In this document: one piece after another, positions 9,023 through 17,912 of the stretch
Position numbering within the stretch: the first letter of the stretch is position 1
How the letters are laid out: every line of letters starts with the position of its first letter
From: Mycobacteriales bacterium
GTDB taxonomy: Bacteria; Actinomycetota; Actinomycetes; Mycobacteriales; SCTD01
Assembly: GCA_046596735.1 (NCBI GenBank)
Contig: JBKJLP010000269.1
Location: forward strand, 1-34,233
Direction: 5' to 3'
DNA length: 34,233 nucleotides
Translations under genes and position numbers: made by a program
Notes under the pieces: generated by a model
Database searches by the model: none
What the model was told of the DNA's origin: nothing
What the model saw: only the letters and a program-made list of their open reading frames with translations

Positions 9023-10107
9023 CGGACGTCTCCGCTGACGACAGTCGCGCACACCTCGAGGTCTCGGTTGAGCACGACGAGGTCGGCCGGGTCACCGACC
9101 TGCAGACTGTAGGTCGACCCGCCGACGAGCCGGCCCGGCGTCATCGAGGCCATCCTCAGGGCCGAGGCCAGCGGCACCCCCCAGGCGACGAGGTTGCGTA
9201 CGCCCTGGTCGAGGCCGGCCCGACTTCCCGCGAGGGTGCCGTCCGCCAGCCGCACCCCGGTCTCACCGGGCAGGTCCACGTCGACGGCATCGCTGACCAG
9301 GCAGACCCGGTCAGCGCCGACGGCCGCGATCAAGATTCGCGCGACGGCGGGATGGACGTGGGCGCCGTCGGCGATCAGCTCGACGGTCAGCCCCGGGAGG
9401 TCAAGTGCCGCTCCCACCAGCCCCGGAGCCCGGTGGTGCAGCCCGGACATGGCGTTGAAGCAGTGTGTGATGTGGCTGGCCCCCAGCCCGACAGCCCGCA
9501 CTGCCTGCTCGTACGTCGCCCCGCTGTGCCCCAGCGCGACGACCACACCAGCCTCGCGCGCGCGGGAGATGACCTCGTCGGCGCCCGCGAGCTCGGGGGC
9601 CAGGGTGAGTAGGACGGGTGGCCCGGCCACAAGCAGCTGCTCGAGCCCGTCGAGCGCGGGCGCCTGCAGCGCGTTGACCGGTTGGGCACCGGCATGGCCG
9701 GGAGCGAGCCAGGGCCCTTCCAGGTGCACCCCGAGCAACCGCGCCCCCGACGCCTCGCTCCGGGAGACCCTCGTGACGAGCGCCACCAGGTCGTCCATGG
9801 GGGTGGCGATCGTCGTCGCCAGGAAGCCGGTTACCCCTCGACGAAGCAGCGCCCGAGACAAGCCCTCGACATCGGGAGAGCCAGCCCCAACCAGTCCGCG
9901 GCCATCCAGGGCGTGCACGTGAAGGTCGACGAACCCCGGCGCGACCACCTCCCCGGAGAGCACGGTCGGCGCCGTTCCCAACGCGCCCGAGGCGCCCACC
10001 GCCACGACGCGACCGTCGTCGATGAGGACGTCCGCGGGCTGTAGCGCCGATCCGAGGAGGACCTGCGAGCCCCGGACCAGCAGTGCGGACACGCGCCATC
10101 TTGACAC
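9010..10107 (-). CDS. nagA: N-acetylglucosamine-6-phosphate deacetylase
   Basis: Motifs: PGFVDLHVHA, LGVHLEGPWL, ALGHSGATYEQ, THCFNAMSGLHHR, ELIADGAHVHP. The start is either the GTG at 10107 or the GTG at 10092; neither has a clear Shine-Dalgarno sequence. Confidence 0.85.
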   Translation of the reverse strand: MSRWRVSALLVRGSQVLLGSALQPADVLIDDGRVVAVGASGALGTAPTVLSGEVVAPGFVDLHVHALDGRGLVGAGSPDVEGLSRALLRRGVTGFLATTIATPMDDLVALVTRVSRSEASGARLLGVHLEGPWLAPGHAGAQPVNALQAPALDGLEQLLVAGPPVLLTLAPELAGADEVISRAREAGVVVALGHSGATYEQAVRAVGLGASHITHCFNAMSGLHHRAPGLVGAALDLPGLTVELIADGAHVHPAVARILIAAVGADRVCLVSDAVDVDLPGETGVRLADGTLAGSRAGLDQGVRNLVAWGVPLASALRMASMTPGRLVGGSTYSLQVGDPADLVVLNRDLEVCATVVSGDVRWQR

Positions 10108-10128
10108 CGGGTGCCGTATTTGTAAAGA
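10101..10128 (+). promoter_or_regulatory. Sigma70-like promoter for the ROK-like/SIS/ARH operon (TTGACA-N16-TAAAGA)
   Basis: TTGACA at 10101-10106 and TAAAGA(T) at 10123-10128 lie in a 47-62 nt divergent intergenic region. The -10 element sits inside shared-motif copy 2. Confidence 0.45.
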
Positions 10129-10141
10129 TCGACTACTTATC
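10117..10141 (+). promoter_or_regulatory. Copy 2 of the shared bipartite motif (TATTTG-taaagatcgac-TACTTATC)
   Basis: It ends 13 nt before the GTG at 10155, overlaps the putative -10 element, and has the same architecture as the other three copies. Confidence 0.5.
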
Positions 10142-10154
10142 CAGGGAGGTCGCC

Positions 10155-10883
10155 GTGGCCGCAGACGTCACCGCCTGCGTCGAGGTCGGCGCGAGCAGCG
10201 TCCAGACCGTGCTGCTCGGGCCCGGCCCTCACGTCGAGGTCTTTGCCGGAGCTCAGCGGCCTCCGGCAGGCACCCCTCTCCTGATCGCTGTCCCCGGCCT
10301 CATTCAGGGCACCAGAGTGGTCGCCGCCTCCAACGTCGGGTGGTACGACGTGGACCCGGCCGAGGCTCTCGGGCTGCCTGCCCCTGCGGATTTCGTCTGC
10401 AACGACGCCGAGGCCGCTGCTGTCGGCGAGTCGGCGCTCCTGCCGGGAGCACCCGACCTGGTGTTCGTCGGCCTCGGCACGGGAGTCGGCGGGGCCGTGG
10501 TGCGCGACGGCTCCGTCCGGGCCAACCTCTTCGCCCACCTCGGGGGTTACAGCGACCGCGTGTGCACCTGCACCCGCACCGGGTGCCTGGAGACGGTCGC
10601 GGGCGGCTGGGCCCTTGCCCCGCGCCTCAGCGACGCGGACCTCCCGGCCATCGCGCGAGCACTCGGCGACGCGGTGGAGCGCGAGCCCCTGGCCACGCCG
10701 CGGCTCGTCGTGCTCGCCGGCGGGATGAGCCGCGCCCACCCCGCGTTGCTCCCGCTGCTCCAGGCGGCGCTTCCCGGCCGTACGGTCGCACCCTCGTCGG
10801 CCCTACACGCCAAGTCCGCGGCCGCGTGGGGGCTGCGGCACCTCTGGCGGCTGGCGGCCACGGCTCCGGTGGCCGGCCGGTGA
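10155..10883 (+). CDS. ROK-family sugar-kinase-like protein without a wHTH; atypical phosphate-1 loop
   Basis: GGGAGG Shine-Dalgarno sequence 5 nt before the GTG. ROK core motifs are CNDAEAAAVGE, GLGTGVGGAVV and H...CTCTRTGCLETV. The usual DxGGT loop reads EVGASS. Confidence 0.6.
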   Translation: MAADVTACVEVGASSVQTVLLGPGPHVEVFAGAQRPPAGTPLLIAVPGLIQGTRVVAASNVGWYDVDPAEALGLPAPADFVCNDAEAAAVGESALLPGAPDLVFVGLGTGVGGAVVRDGSVRANLFAHLGGYSDRVCTCTRTGCLETVAGGWALAPRLSDADLPAIARALGDAVEREPLATPRLVVLAGGMSRAHPALLPLLQAALPGRTVAPSSALHAKSAAAWGLRHLWRLAATAPVAGR

Positions 10884-11824
10884 GCCAGCTCGCGCGCGAG
10901 ATCGGGCAGCAGGGCGCCGTCCTGCGGACCGTCCTCGCCCACGAGGCGGCGACTCTCGTCGCGGCCCGCAGCTGCTTAGCGCGCGCAGAACGCCGATTCC
11001 TCGTCGGCATCGGCTCCTCCCGGCACGTGGCGGCCTACGGCGCGGTGTGCGCGCAGTCCCTCGGCCCCGGCCCGGCCCTACTGCTGGACGCCCCCGGGTC
11101 GGGCGTCAGCGCACCTCCCTTCCGCGACGGTGACGTGCTCGTCGCTGTCTCGCAGTCAGGCAGCACCCCTGCGCTGCTGACCCTCGTGGCCCACGCCCGG
11201 GCACGCGGCTGCACGGTCATCGCGGTCATCAACGCTGAGGGGTCAGCGCTCGCGGGGCAGTCCGACGTCGCGCTGCACACAGGTGCGGGGGCCGAGCTGG
11301 TCGTGCCCGCCACCAAGTCAGTCACGGCGAGCATGCTCCTGCTGCGCGCGCTCATGGCGCCGGTGGACGCGGCTGCAGTCGCGCGCCTGGCGGACGCGGT
11401 CGACCATGCCACCCAGGCCAGCACGCGGACCACCACCCTGCCCGACGTCGTCGTCGCCGGCGGGTTTGCCGCCGAGGCCGTGTCCGACGAGGTAGCTCTC
11501 AAGCTCGCCGAGGTCGCGGCACACCTGGCCGTGGCTGAAACCCTTGTCGACTACCTACACGGGCCGGTCGCTGTCGCCGCGCCCGTGCTCGCGTTCCTCG
11601 ACGACGATGACCCCAACAACGCCCTCGTCGAGGGCCGACCTGACGTGCTCGTCGTCGGGACCGGCGTCCAGTGCGCCGTCTCCCTTCACAGCTGCGGGGA
11701 TGCCACCCTCGAACCGATCGTCAGGGTGGTCGCCGGACAGGCACTTGCCCTGCGCTGGGCGGAGCTGCACGGGCTCGATCCGGACGACGCGCGAGGTCTG
11801 CGCAAGGTGACGCTGACCGCGTGA
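10880..11824 (+). CDS. SIS-domain sugar-phosphate isomerase/deaminase (GlmS-isomerase/AgaS/NagB-II-like)
   Basis: The GTG overlaps the preceding stop (GTGA). It has LVGIGSSRHVA and VAVSQSGSTPALL; its size fits two SIS repeats. Confidence 0.7.
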   Translation: MSQLAREIGQQGAVLRTVLAHEAATLVAARSCLARAERRFLVGIGSSRHVAAYGAVCAQSLGPGPALLLDAPGSGVSAPPFRDGDVLVAVSQSGSTPALLTLVAHARARGCTVIAVINAEGSALAGQSDVALHTGAGAELVVPATKSVTASMLLLRALMAPVDAAAVARLADAVDHATQASTRTTTLPDVVVAGGFAAEAVSDEVALKLAEVAAHLAVAETLVDYLHGPVAVAAPVLAFLDDDDPNNALVEGRPDVLVVGTGVQCAVSLHSCGDATLEPIVRVVAGQALALRWAELHGLDPDDARGLRKVTLTA

Positions 11825-13143
11825 GGCGCTCGCTGCTGCCTGACCTGCAGACCTTGCGACTGCTGGTCGGAGCCTGCCTCGCTGACAAGCGCGAGCAGGG
11901 GCACGACGTCGAAGCTCTCGAAGCCCTGCTGGCTCGGACGCCCGACAGCTACGACGCGCTGGTGCATCTCGCCGAGCAGGTAGCTGATAGCCCACTGCGA
12001 GCGGACTGGCCCTACGACGAGCCGCACAGCCTCGAGGACATCGCTGCGCGCTGCGACCCCCCCTCTCCCCGTCCTGTTGCCGCCGACGTCACCAGTCGGG
12101 TCGAGACGGCCTTCCTGGCCCGCGTGGCCGGCTGCGTGCTAGGCAAGCCGTTCGAGTTCGACCCCACGCTGGCCGAGCTGCGCCAGGTGCTCGAACCCGC
12201 TGGGGAGTGGCCCCTGACCGACTACGTCACCGAGGCATCGAATGCCCGGTTGCGCGTCCCGCAGGGACAGTGGCCGGAGCTCGTGCGGGAGCGGATCACC
12301 CACGTCTGCGAGGACGACGACCTCAACTACACCGTGCTGGCCATGCTCCTGCTGGAGCAGCACGGAGACGCGTTCACCCCCGCCGATGTCCGGCGCCAGT
12401 GGCTCTACCAGCTACCCGTGCTTGCGACCTTCGGCCCGGAGCGCACCCAGTTGCTGTCTGTCGCTGCCGCCCACCTCGTCGGCACCGCTGGCGAGGACGA
12501 CACGTGGGCGGACCTGCTGAACCCCTACGACGAGCACTGTGGCGCCCTGATCCGCGCCGACGCCTATGGCTACGCCTGCCCCGGAGATCCCTGGCGGGCC
12601 GCCTCCCTGGCCCACCGCGACGCCTCGACCACACACCGGCGTACGGGCGTCTACGCGACCATGTTCGTCGCCGCAGCCATTGCCGCGGCCCTCGCGTCGT
12701 CCGAGCGACTGGAGCCATTCCGCACAGCGCTGCGCGTCGTCCCCGAGCGTTCGCGGTTCGCCGAGATCGTGCGGCAGTCGCTCTCCGAGGTCGAGGCCGC
12801 GACCGACTGGCTCGACGGATACCAGCGCATCCACGGGCGTTATGCGCAGTACAGCCACTGCCGGGTCTACCAAGAGATCGGGACGCTGTTCGTCACGGCT
12901 CGGTTCGCCGAGGACGTCGGGCACGGCATCGGGATGCAGGTCTGCCAGGGCAATGACACCGACTCGTTCGGCGCCACCGCCGGGTCCTACCTCGGCGCAC
13001 TGCTCGGCCCGACAGGGTTCGACCGCGACCACTGGCTGAGCCCCTTTCAGGACCGGATCCACCTGGCCCTGGCCACATGCCACGTGAGCTCGCTGTCGGA
13101 ACTGGCTGGCCGGATGGCGCAGCTGCCGCACCGCCTGCGCTGA
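11821..13143 (+). CDS. ADP-ribosylglycohydrolase (ARH/DraG) family protein with an ~100-aa N-terminal extension
   Basis: The GTG overlaps the SIS stop (GTGA). ARH metal-site motifs are conserved: LGKPFEF, EDDDLNYTVLAM and QGNDTDSFGATAGSYLGALLG. Confidence 0.75.
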   Translation: MRRSLLPDLQTLRLLVGACLADKREQGHDVEALEALLARTPDSYDALVHLAEQVADSPLRADWPYDEPHSLEDIAARCDPPSPRPVAADVTSRVETAFLARVAGCVLGKPFEFDPTLAELRQVLEPAGEWPLTDYVTEASNARLRVPQGQWPELVRERITHVCEDDDLNYTVLAMLLLEQHGDAFTPADVRRQWLYQLPVLATFGPERTQLLSVAAAHLVGTAGEDDTWADLLNPYDEHCGALIRADAYGYACPGDPWRAASLAHRDASTTHRRTGVYATMFVAAAIAAALASSERLEPFRTALRVVPERSRFAEIVRQSLSEVEAATDWLDGYQRIHGRYAQYSHCRVYQEIGTLFVTARFAEDVGHGIGMQVCQGNDTDSFGATAGSYLGALLGPTGFDRDHWLSPFQDRIHLALATCHVSSLSELAGRMAQLPHRLR

Positions 13144-13149
13144 CCCGCC

Positions 13150-14196
13150 TCATCCGAGCGAGAGCGTTACCAGCCACCCGAGCAGGTCCTTCTCCGGCAC
13201 ATTCGCGGTGACGGTAGCCACCAGGCCCTGCGGCCCGGCGAAGCGGACCTTCACCCCCGCCGCGACGGCCTGCACCCGGACGGTTCGACTGCCCACCCTC
13301 ACCGCCGTCCCGTCACTACCGACCGCCAGCCGACGGGTGAGCCCGCGCTCGACGCGGAGCAGCACCAGCCGATCGCCCTGCCCCCACGCCAGCACGCCAC
13401 CCTCGACCGCAACGCCGGCCCCGCCGGGGTCGGGCTGGATGACCGCCACGGTCCGGCCACGGGGCAGCCCCAGTGGCGCTGACGCCAACGGTATGCCGAG
13501 CGCGGACACCAGCGTCTGGTCCGCCACGTCCTTGACCGTCTCCAGCCCGGCCTGCTGCGGTGGTCCGCTCGGCGCCGGGCCCGGGAACAGGCCCGCGCCC
13601 ACGAGGCTGGGCCCGGATCCCGAGGACACCAAGGTCCGGCGACGCACCACGTCGCCGTCGATGGTCCACACCTCCTGCACGAGCAGCCCCGCCTCTGTCA
13701 CACAGCTGACGGCGCTGTCCGTCGCGGTAGCCGCCCGCACAGGGCCGGCGTCGAGCGGCTCGTACGTCCGCCACTGGGTGCACGACCGCGTCCCGACCGT
13801 CCGGGTCCCCTCGGCGGTCGCCTGCCCGTGCGCCGCTGCGACGTCCAGCGCCGTCGCCAGGTGCCAAGCCGGTCCGGCGAAGGTCGGCGGGATGTCCTGG
13901 ACGAGGGCGCTGGTGCCGTCCGGCTTGAGGAGGTACTGGCCGCGCTCGCTGTAGGCAACTCCCCCCAGCGATGCCCCGGTCGTGGACTGGGCTGCGTAGG
14001 TGATGCTCCGCGCACGCTGCGGCGAGGCGACATCGACGACCTCGGTGCTGACCCTGGCAGGCTCCTGAGCGAGGTCGTCGATCCGGTAGACCAGCCGGGT
14101 CGACCCGCCTCCGGGAGCGTCACCGGAGGCGCCGGCGCAGCCGGCCGCCGCGCACAAGACGACGGGGAGCAGGAAGGATGCGCGTGGCCGCTTCAC
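13150..14196 (-). CDS. Lipoprotein of unknown function; last gene of the transporter operon
   Basis: GTG start with an AAAGGA Shine-Dalgarno sequence. The signal peptide with lipobox is MKRPRASFLLPVVLCAAAGC. The start lies 22 nt after the binding-protein stop. Confidence 0.6.
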   Translation of the reverse strand: MKRPRASFLLPVVLCAAAGCAGASGDAPGGGSTRLVYRIDDLAQEPARVSTEVVDVASPQRARSITYAAQSTTGASLGGVAYSERGQYLLKPDGTSALVQDIPPTFAGPAWHLATALDVAAAHGQATAEGTRTVGTRSCTQWRTYEPLDAGPVRAATATDSAVSCVTEAGLLVQEVWTIDGDVVRRRTLVSSGSGPSLVGAGLFPGPAPSGPPQQAGLETVKDVADQTLVSALGIPLASAPLGLPRGRTVAVIQPDPGGAGVAVEGGVLAWGQGDRLVLLRVERGLTRRLAVGSDGTAVRVGSRTVRVQAVAAGVKVRFAGPQGLVATVTANVPEKDLLGWLVTLSLG

Positions 14197-14218
14197 CGTC
14201 CGATCCTTTCGCGTCCGG

Positions 14219-15859
14219 CTACGTCGGCTTGTAACCGGTCCAGTACTTCGTCAGGGCCACTGAGCCGGACATGCCCGGCCCGATGGTGACCCAGTACTTC
14301 GGGTATTGCGGGAACCGGTAGGTCTTGGCGTCCGCGTCCCAGGTCACCACCGTCAGGTGCTGCTGACCCTTGGTGACGAACGGCCCACGCGGTCCGGGGA
14401 AGCTGAAGAAGAACGGCACGTGGGCGTCGTAGAAGAACCTGCCCCGGATGGCATCGGCTCCGAGCAGCAGCGAGTCGGCGTTGAGTACGCCGGTCCGGGC
14501 GACTCCGAACCGCATGATCGCCGCTGAGGTGAGGATCTGCGCGCAGGACAGCTGCACCGCCACCGAGCCGTCCTGTCCGTCTCCGTTGTTGTACTTGTTG
14601 TAGATCCGCTTGCAGTTGCCCTCCGCACCGTGCCCGCTCCCGGCGGGGACCCGGGCCGACAGCCCGATCGCCTTGCCCCACTGCTGCTGGTCCATGAGAG
14701 AACCAGCCAGGTCGCTGTCCGCAAGCACCGTGTACGACGTAAACGTCCACTGGGGGAACCACTGCTGCTGGGTCATCGCCTGGGTGAAGAAGACCCACGC
14801 GATGGGGTTGGTTGAGGCGATGTAGACCTGATCACAGCCCTTCGCCTTCACCCGGGTGGCGACCGCTGAGGAGGTCTGCTGCGCCTGAGAGATATCCCCG
14901 CTGTAGGCCTGCTCGTCGGTGAAGGCGAGCCCGACCTTCCTCATCTCGGCGTTCATCGTCTTGGCGTAGGTCGGCCAGTCGCCGCTGGCGTCGCTCTGCG
15001 GGTGAACGAAGCAGGCCTTGTGCTTAGCGGTGTCGATGACGTTTTTGCCCATCGACGCCCACGCCCGAAAGCTCGGCTCCAGGGCCTCGTTGATCATCAG
15101 CCCGTTGGCGCCGATCTTCTTGAGCGACGCGGGGTCGTCCCGACCGCCGAAGACGGGCAGGTGACGCGCCATCAGATAGTCGGACTCCACGTGCAGGCCT
15201 GGGATGGCGAGGAAGTCCTTGTTGTCGTCGGCCATCTGCTTGGCCGCGGCGATCGCCTGCTGGTCGCAGGCACCGCCGCCACCGCCGCCGTCATCGACAG
15301 TGTCGAGGACGAAGGTGCGGCCCCCGATGCCGCCGGTCTCGTTGATGTAGCGGACGTAGGCGGCGTAGGACTTCGCCGGGTCTCCGGTCTGCGCGCTGCC
15401 GAATAGCGCAGAGACCTGGCCGGCCTGCCCGCAGCCAGAGACGTTGTAGCTCACGCCGACGCGGACCTCCTTGGCCGTGACCCCTTGCGTCTTGAGCCCG
15501 AACGACGGGAGCGTGGCGCCCGGCTTGAACGTCGTCACGGGACCCGGACGGGTCGAGTCACCCGGAACGGCCGCTGTGGCTCCGCCTGACGTGAACGGCT
15601 TCCCGGCCGAAGGGGCCTTTCCGCCCGACGCAGCCGCCTTCCCCACGGCGGCGGCGGCCGACGGTCGCGCGGCGGTGCCCCCCGCGATGGCACTGCCGGG
15701 GGCGCCCTGGCCCGTGGTCAATGCGGTCGCCGTTTGGTCGCGGTTGGCGTAGTTGACCTGCCCGACGGAGGCGATCGAGGTCACGAGCACGCTCACGGCG
15801 ACCACCGTGAGGACGCGTTGCCCCCTGTTCGAGGTCAGCGCTTCCACCAGTCTGCTCAT
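14219..15859 (-). CDS. Liv-type (Peripla_BP_6-like) ABC substrate-binding protein with an N-terminal TM anchor and a long Ala/Gly/Pro/Thr linker
   Basis: GGAGG Shine-Dalgarno sequence. The N-terminus [17 protein letters not shown] is followed by ~90 aa of low-complexity sequence. The LivJ-like core follows ([44 protein letters not shown]). Confidence 0.7.
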   Translation of the reverse strand: MSRLVEALTSNRGQRVLTVVAVSVLVTSIASVGQVNYANRDQTATALTTGQGAPGSAIAGGTAARPSAAAAVGKAAASGGKAPSAGKPFTSGGATAAVPGDSTRPGPVTTFKPGATLPSFGLKTQGVTAKEVRVGVSYNVSGCGQAGQVSALFGSAQTGDPAKSYAAYVRYINETGGIGGRTFVLDTVDDGGGGGGACDQQAIAAAKQMADDNKDFLAIPGLHVESDYLMARHLPVFGGRDDPASLKKIGANGLMINEALEPSFRAWASMGKNVIDTAKHKACFVHPQSDASGDWPTYAKTMNAEMRKVGLAFTDEQAYSGDISQAQQTSSAVATRVKAKGCDQVYIASTNPIAWVFFTQAMTQQQWFPQWTFTSYTVLADSDLAGSLMDQQQWGKAIGLSARVPAGSGHGAEGNCKRIYNKYNNGDGQDGSVAVQLSCAQILTSAAIMRFGVARTGVLNADSLLLGADAIRGRFFYDAHVPFFFSFPGPRGPFVTKGQQHLTVVTWDADAKTYRFPQYPKYWVTIGPGMSGSVALTKYWTGYKPT

Positions 15860-15878
15860 CGTGCGACCTCCGGGTACG

Positions 15879-17912
15879 TCACCGGTGCGACCCGGCGCCT
15901 TGCAAGAACACCGATCTGAGCAGATCGGTGCGGTTGAGCAACTCGCTCGTCGGTCCCGAGAAGCGCACTTCGCCCTTCTCCATGAAGTAGGCGCGGTCCG
16001 CCAGGGTTAAAGCGACGTTGACGGACTGTTCGACGAGGACGACGGACGTTCCTGCCGCGTTGATCTCGCGGAGTGCGACGAGGAGCTCCTGCACCACGGT
16101 GGGCGCCAGCCCGAGGGACAGCTCGTCGATGAGCAGCAGCTTCGGCCTGAGCAGGAAGGACTGGGCCAGGGTGAGCATCTGCCGCTCACCGCCGGACAGC
16201 ACCCCCGCCGGCTGTCGGAGGCGCTCGCGCAGCCGTGGGAACAGGTCGAGCGCCTCGGCTGTGCGCCGGCCGACGAGGTCGCGGTCTTTGCGGATGAGGA
16301 AGGCACCCATCGCGAGGTTCTCCTCGACGGTGAGCCGCGGGAAGACCCCCCGACCGCCCGGCACCTGCACGATGCCGCGGGCGACCGTGCGCTCGGGCGC
16401 CTCCCCCGTGATCGCCTCGCCCTCGAACCACACGTTGCCGCCATCCGGCTCGACGACGCCGGAGATGGCGTTGAGGATGGTCGACTTCCCCGCCCCGTTG
16501 GTGCCGAGCAGAGCGACGATCTCGCCCGCCCGGATCTCCAGATCCACCCCGAACAGGACCTGCACCCCGCTGTAGGACACGGTGACGTCCTGGGTCTGCA
16601 GTAGGACGTCAGGGCGCAGGCCACCCTCGTCGCCGCTCCCCGAACTGGCGAGCAGGCGCCGAGCCGGGTCGAGCCGGGCGACATCGGCATCGATGTAGCG
16701 GCAGGCGATGAAGAAGTAGCGGATCCCGATGATGAACAAGACCCCGAGGTAGACCATGGCGCCCCGCAGCGAAGCGCTTCCCAGAAGCACCCCCAGGAGG
16801 GCCAGCGGCACGCCGGCGAGAGCCACGACTCCTTGCAGCGCGAAGGCGGTGCTGCGGGTCTCCGGCGAGGCGATGGTGGCCGTCACGGCGAGCAGGGACG
16901 GGCTCAGGACAGCGAACAGCATGACGATGGCCCACAGCAGCGGGACCACGACCCAGAGCGTCGGAGCTCCTGCGGTGAGCACCATGAGAACGCCCGCCAG
17001 CCCACCGATCAGGCTCAGCGTGCGCAGCCCGATGCTGGGAGCCACGTTGAGCCGCCGCTGGATGTACGCCGTCCCGTAGATGACAGCGGGCAGGGTGAAC
17101 GCCGTCCCGATGCCCGTGATGTAGCCGCGACCGCTAGCCGTCACCCCGAAGTCGTCCTCCAGGTAGAACTGGAAGATCGTGCGGGCCGGGATGAGTCCTG
17201 CCGCCGCGAACGCCGTGCCGATCCACTGGTAGCGCAGGGAGCGGATCCGCCAGAGGTCACGGACCGTCTGCTGGAACGGAGGCGCTTGTGGGGTCTCCGC
17301 CGGCTCGTGCCGGCCGCGCTCGGGCTCGGCCAGGCGCATCGCGATCAGGATCATCACGAACGTCGGGACGGCGAGGACGAAGAACGGGACGCGGAAGCCG
17401 AAGCGCTGACCGAGCTCGCCCGCGGCGAACGCTCCCAGCGCTCCCCCGACGGTCTGGCCGATGCTGTAGACGCCGAAGGCCTTCATGCGGGTGGCTGGCG
17501 TGTAGGAGTCGGCCATGATGCTGCCGTGAACGGGGGTGTTCACGATCTCGCCCGACGTGGCGATCACCCGCGCGACGATGAGGAACCACAGCGCGGGGGC
17601 AAGACCAGTGAAGATCGAGAACACCGACCAGATGACGGCTCCACCGATGGCAATGGGGACGCGCTTCCAGCGGTCGGCGAGGTAGGCCAGCGGCATGCCC
17701 AGGATCGGTCCGACGACGAGCACGAGGATCGCGATCGAGCCGAGCGTTCCCTCGCCGACGTTGAAGTGCCGCGCGATGTCGGGGCTGAGGATGGTGAACG
17801 CCTGCGTGTCGATCTGATCGGCCATCGTGAGGCCGAAGAGCACGAACAGCGGGAACAGCGGCTCGCCGCCGAGGTAGGCGGAGAGCTTGGCGCGCAGGGC
17901 CGAGGGCCTCAT
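15879..17912 (-). CDS. Fusion protein: N-terminal MFS-type multi-TM domain (~430 aa) plus C-terminal LivF-like ABC ATPase (~235 aa)
   Basis: The ATG overlaps the permease stop (ATGA). The N-terminal half has about 12 hydrophobic spans with MFS-like loops ([10 protein letters not shown]). The C-terminal half has Walker [10 protein letters not shown], the signature LSGGERQ and Walker B LLLIDE. Confidence 0.8.
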   Translation of the reverse strand: MRPSALRAKLSAYLGGEPLFPLFVLFGLTMADQIDTQAFTILSPDIARHFNVGEGTLGSIAILVLVVGPILGMPLAYLADRWKRVPIAIGGAVIWSVFSIFTGLAPALWFLIVARVIATSGEIVNTPVHGSIMADSYTPATRMKAFGVYSIGQTVGGALGAFAAGELGQRFGFRVPFFVLAVPTFVMILIAMRLAEPERGRHEPAETPQAPPFQQTVRDLWRIRSLRYQWIGTAFAAAGLIPARTIFQFYLEDDFGVTASGRGYITGIGTAFTLPAVIYGTAYIQRRLNVAPSIGLRTLSLIGGLAGVLMVLTAGAPTLWVVVPLLWAIVMLFAVLSPSLLAVTATIASPETRSTAFALQGVVALAGVPLALLGVLLGSASLRGAMVYLGVLFIIGIRYFFIACRYIDADVARLDPARRLLASSGSGDEGGLRPDVLLQTQDVTVSYSGVQVLFGVDLEIRAGEIVALLGTNGAGKSTILNAISGVVEPDGGNVWFEGEAITGEAPERTVARGIVQVPGGRGVFPRLTVEENLAMGAFLIRKDRDLVGRRTAEALDLFPRLRERLRQPAGVLSGGERQMLTLAQSFLLRPKLLLIDELSLGLAPTVVQELLVALREINAAGTSVVLVEQSVNVALTLADRAYFMEKGEVRFSGPTSELLNRTDLLRSVFLQGAGSHR

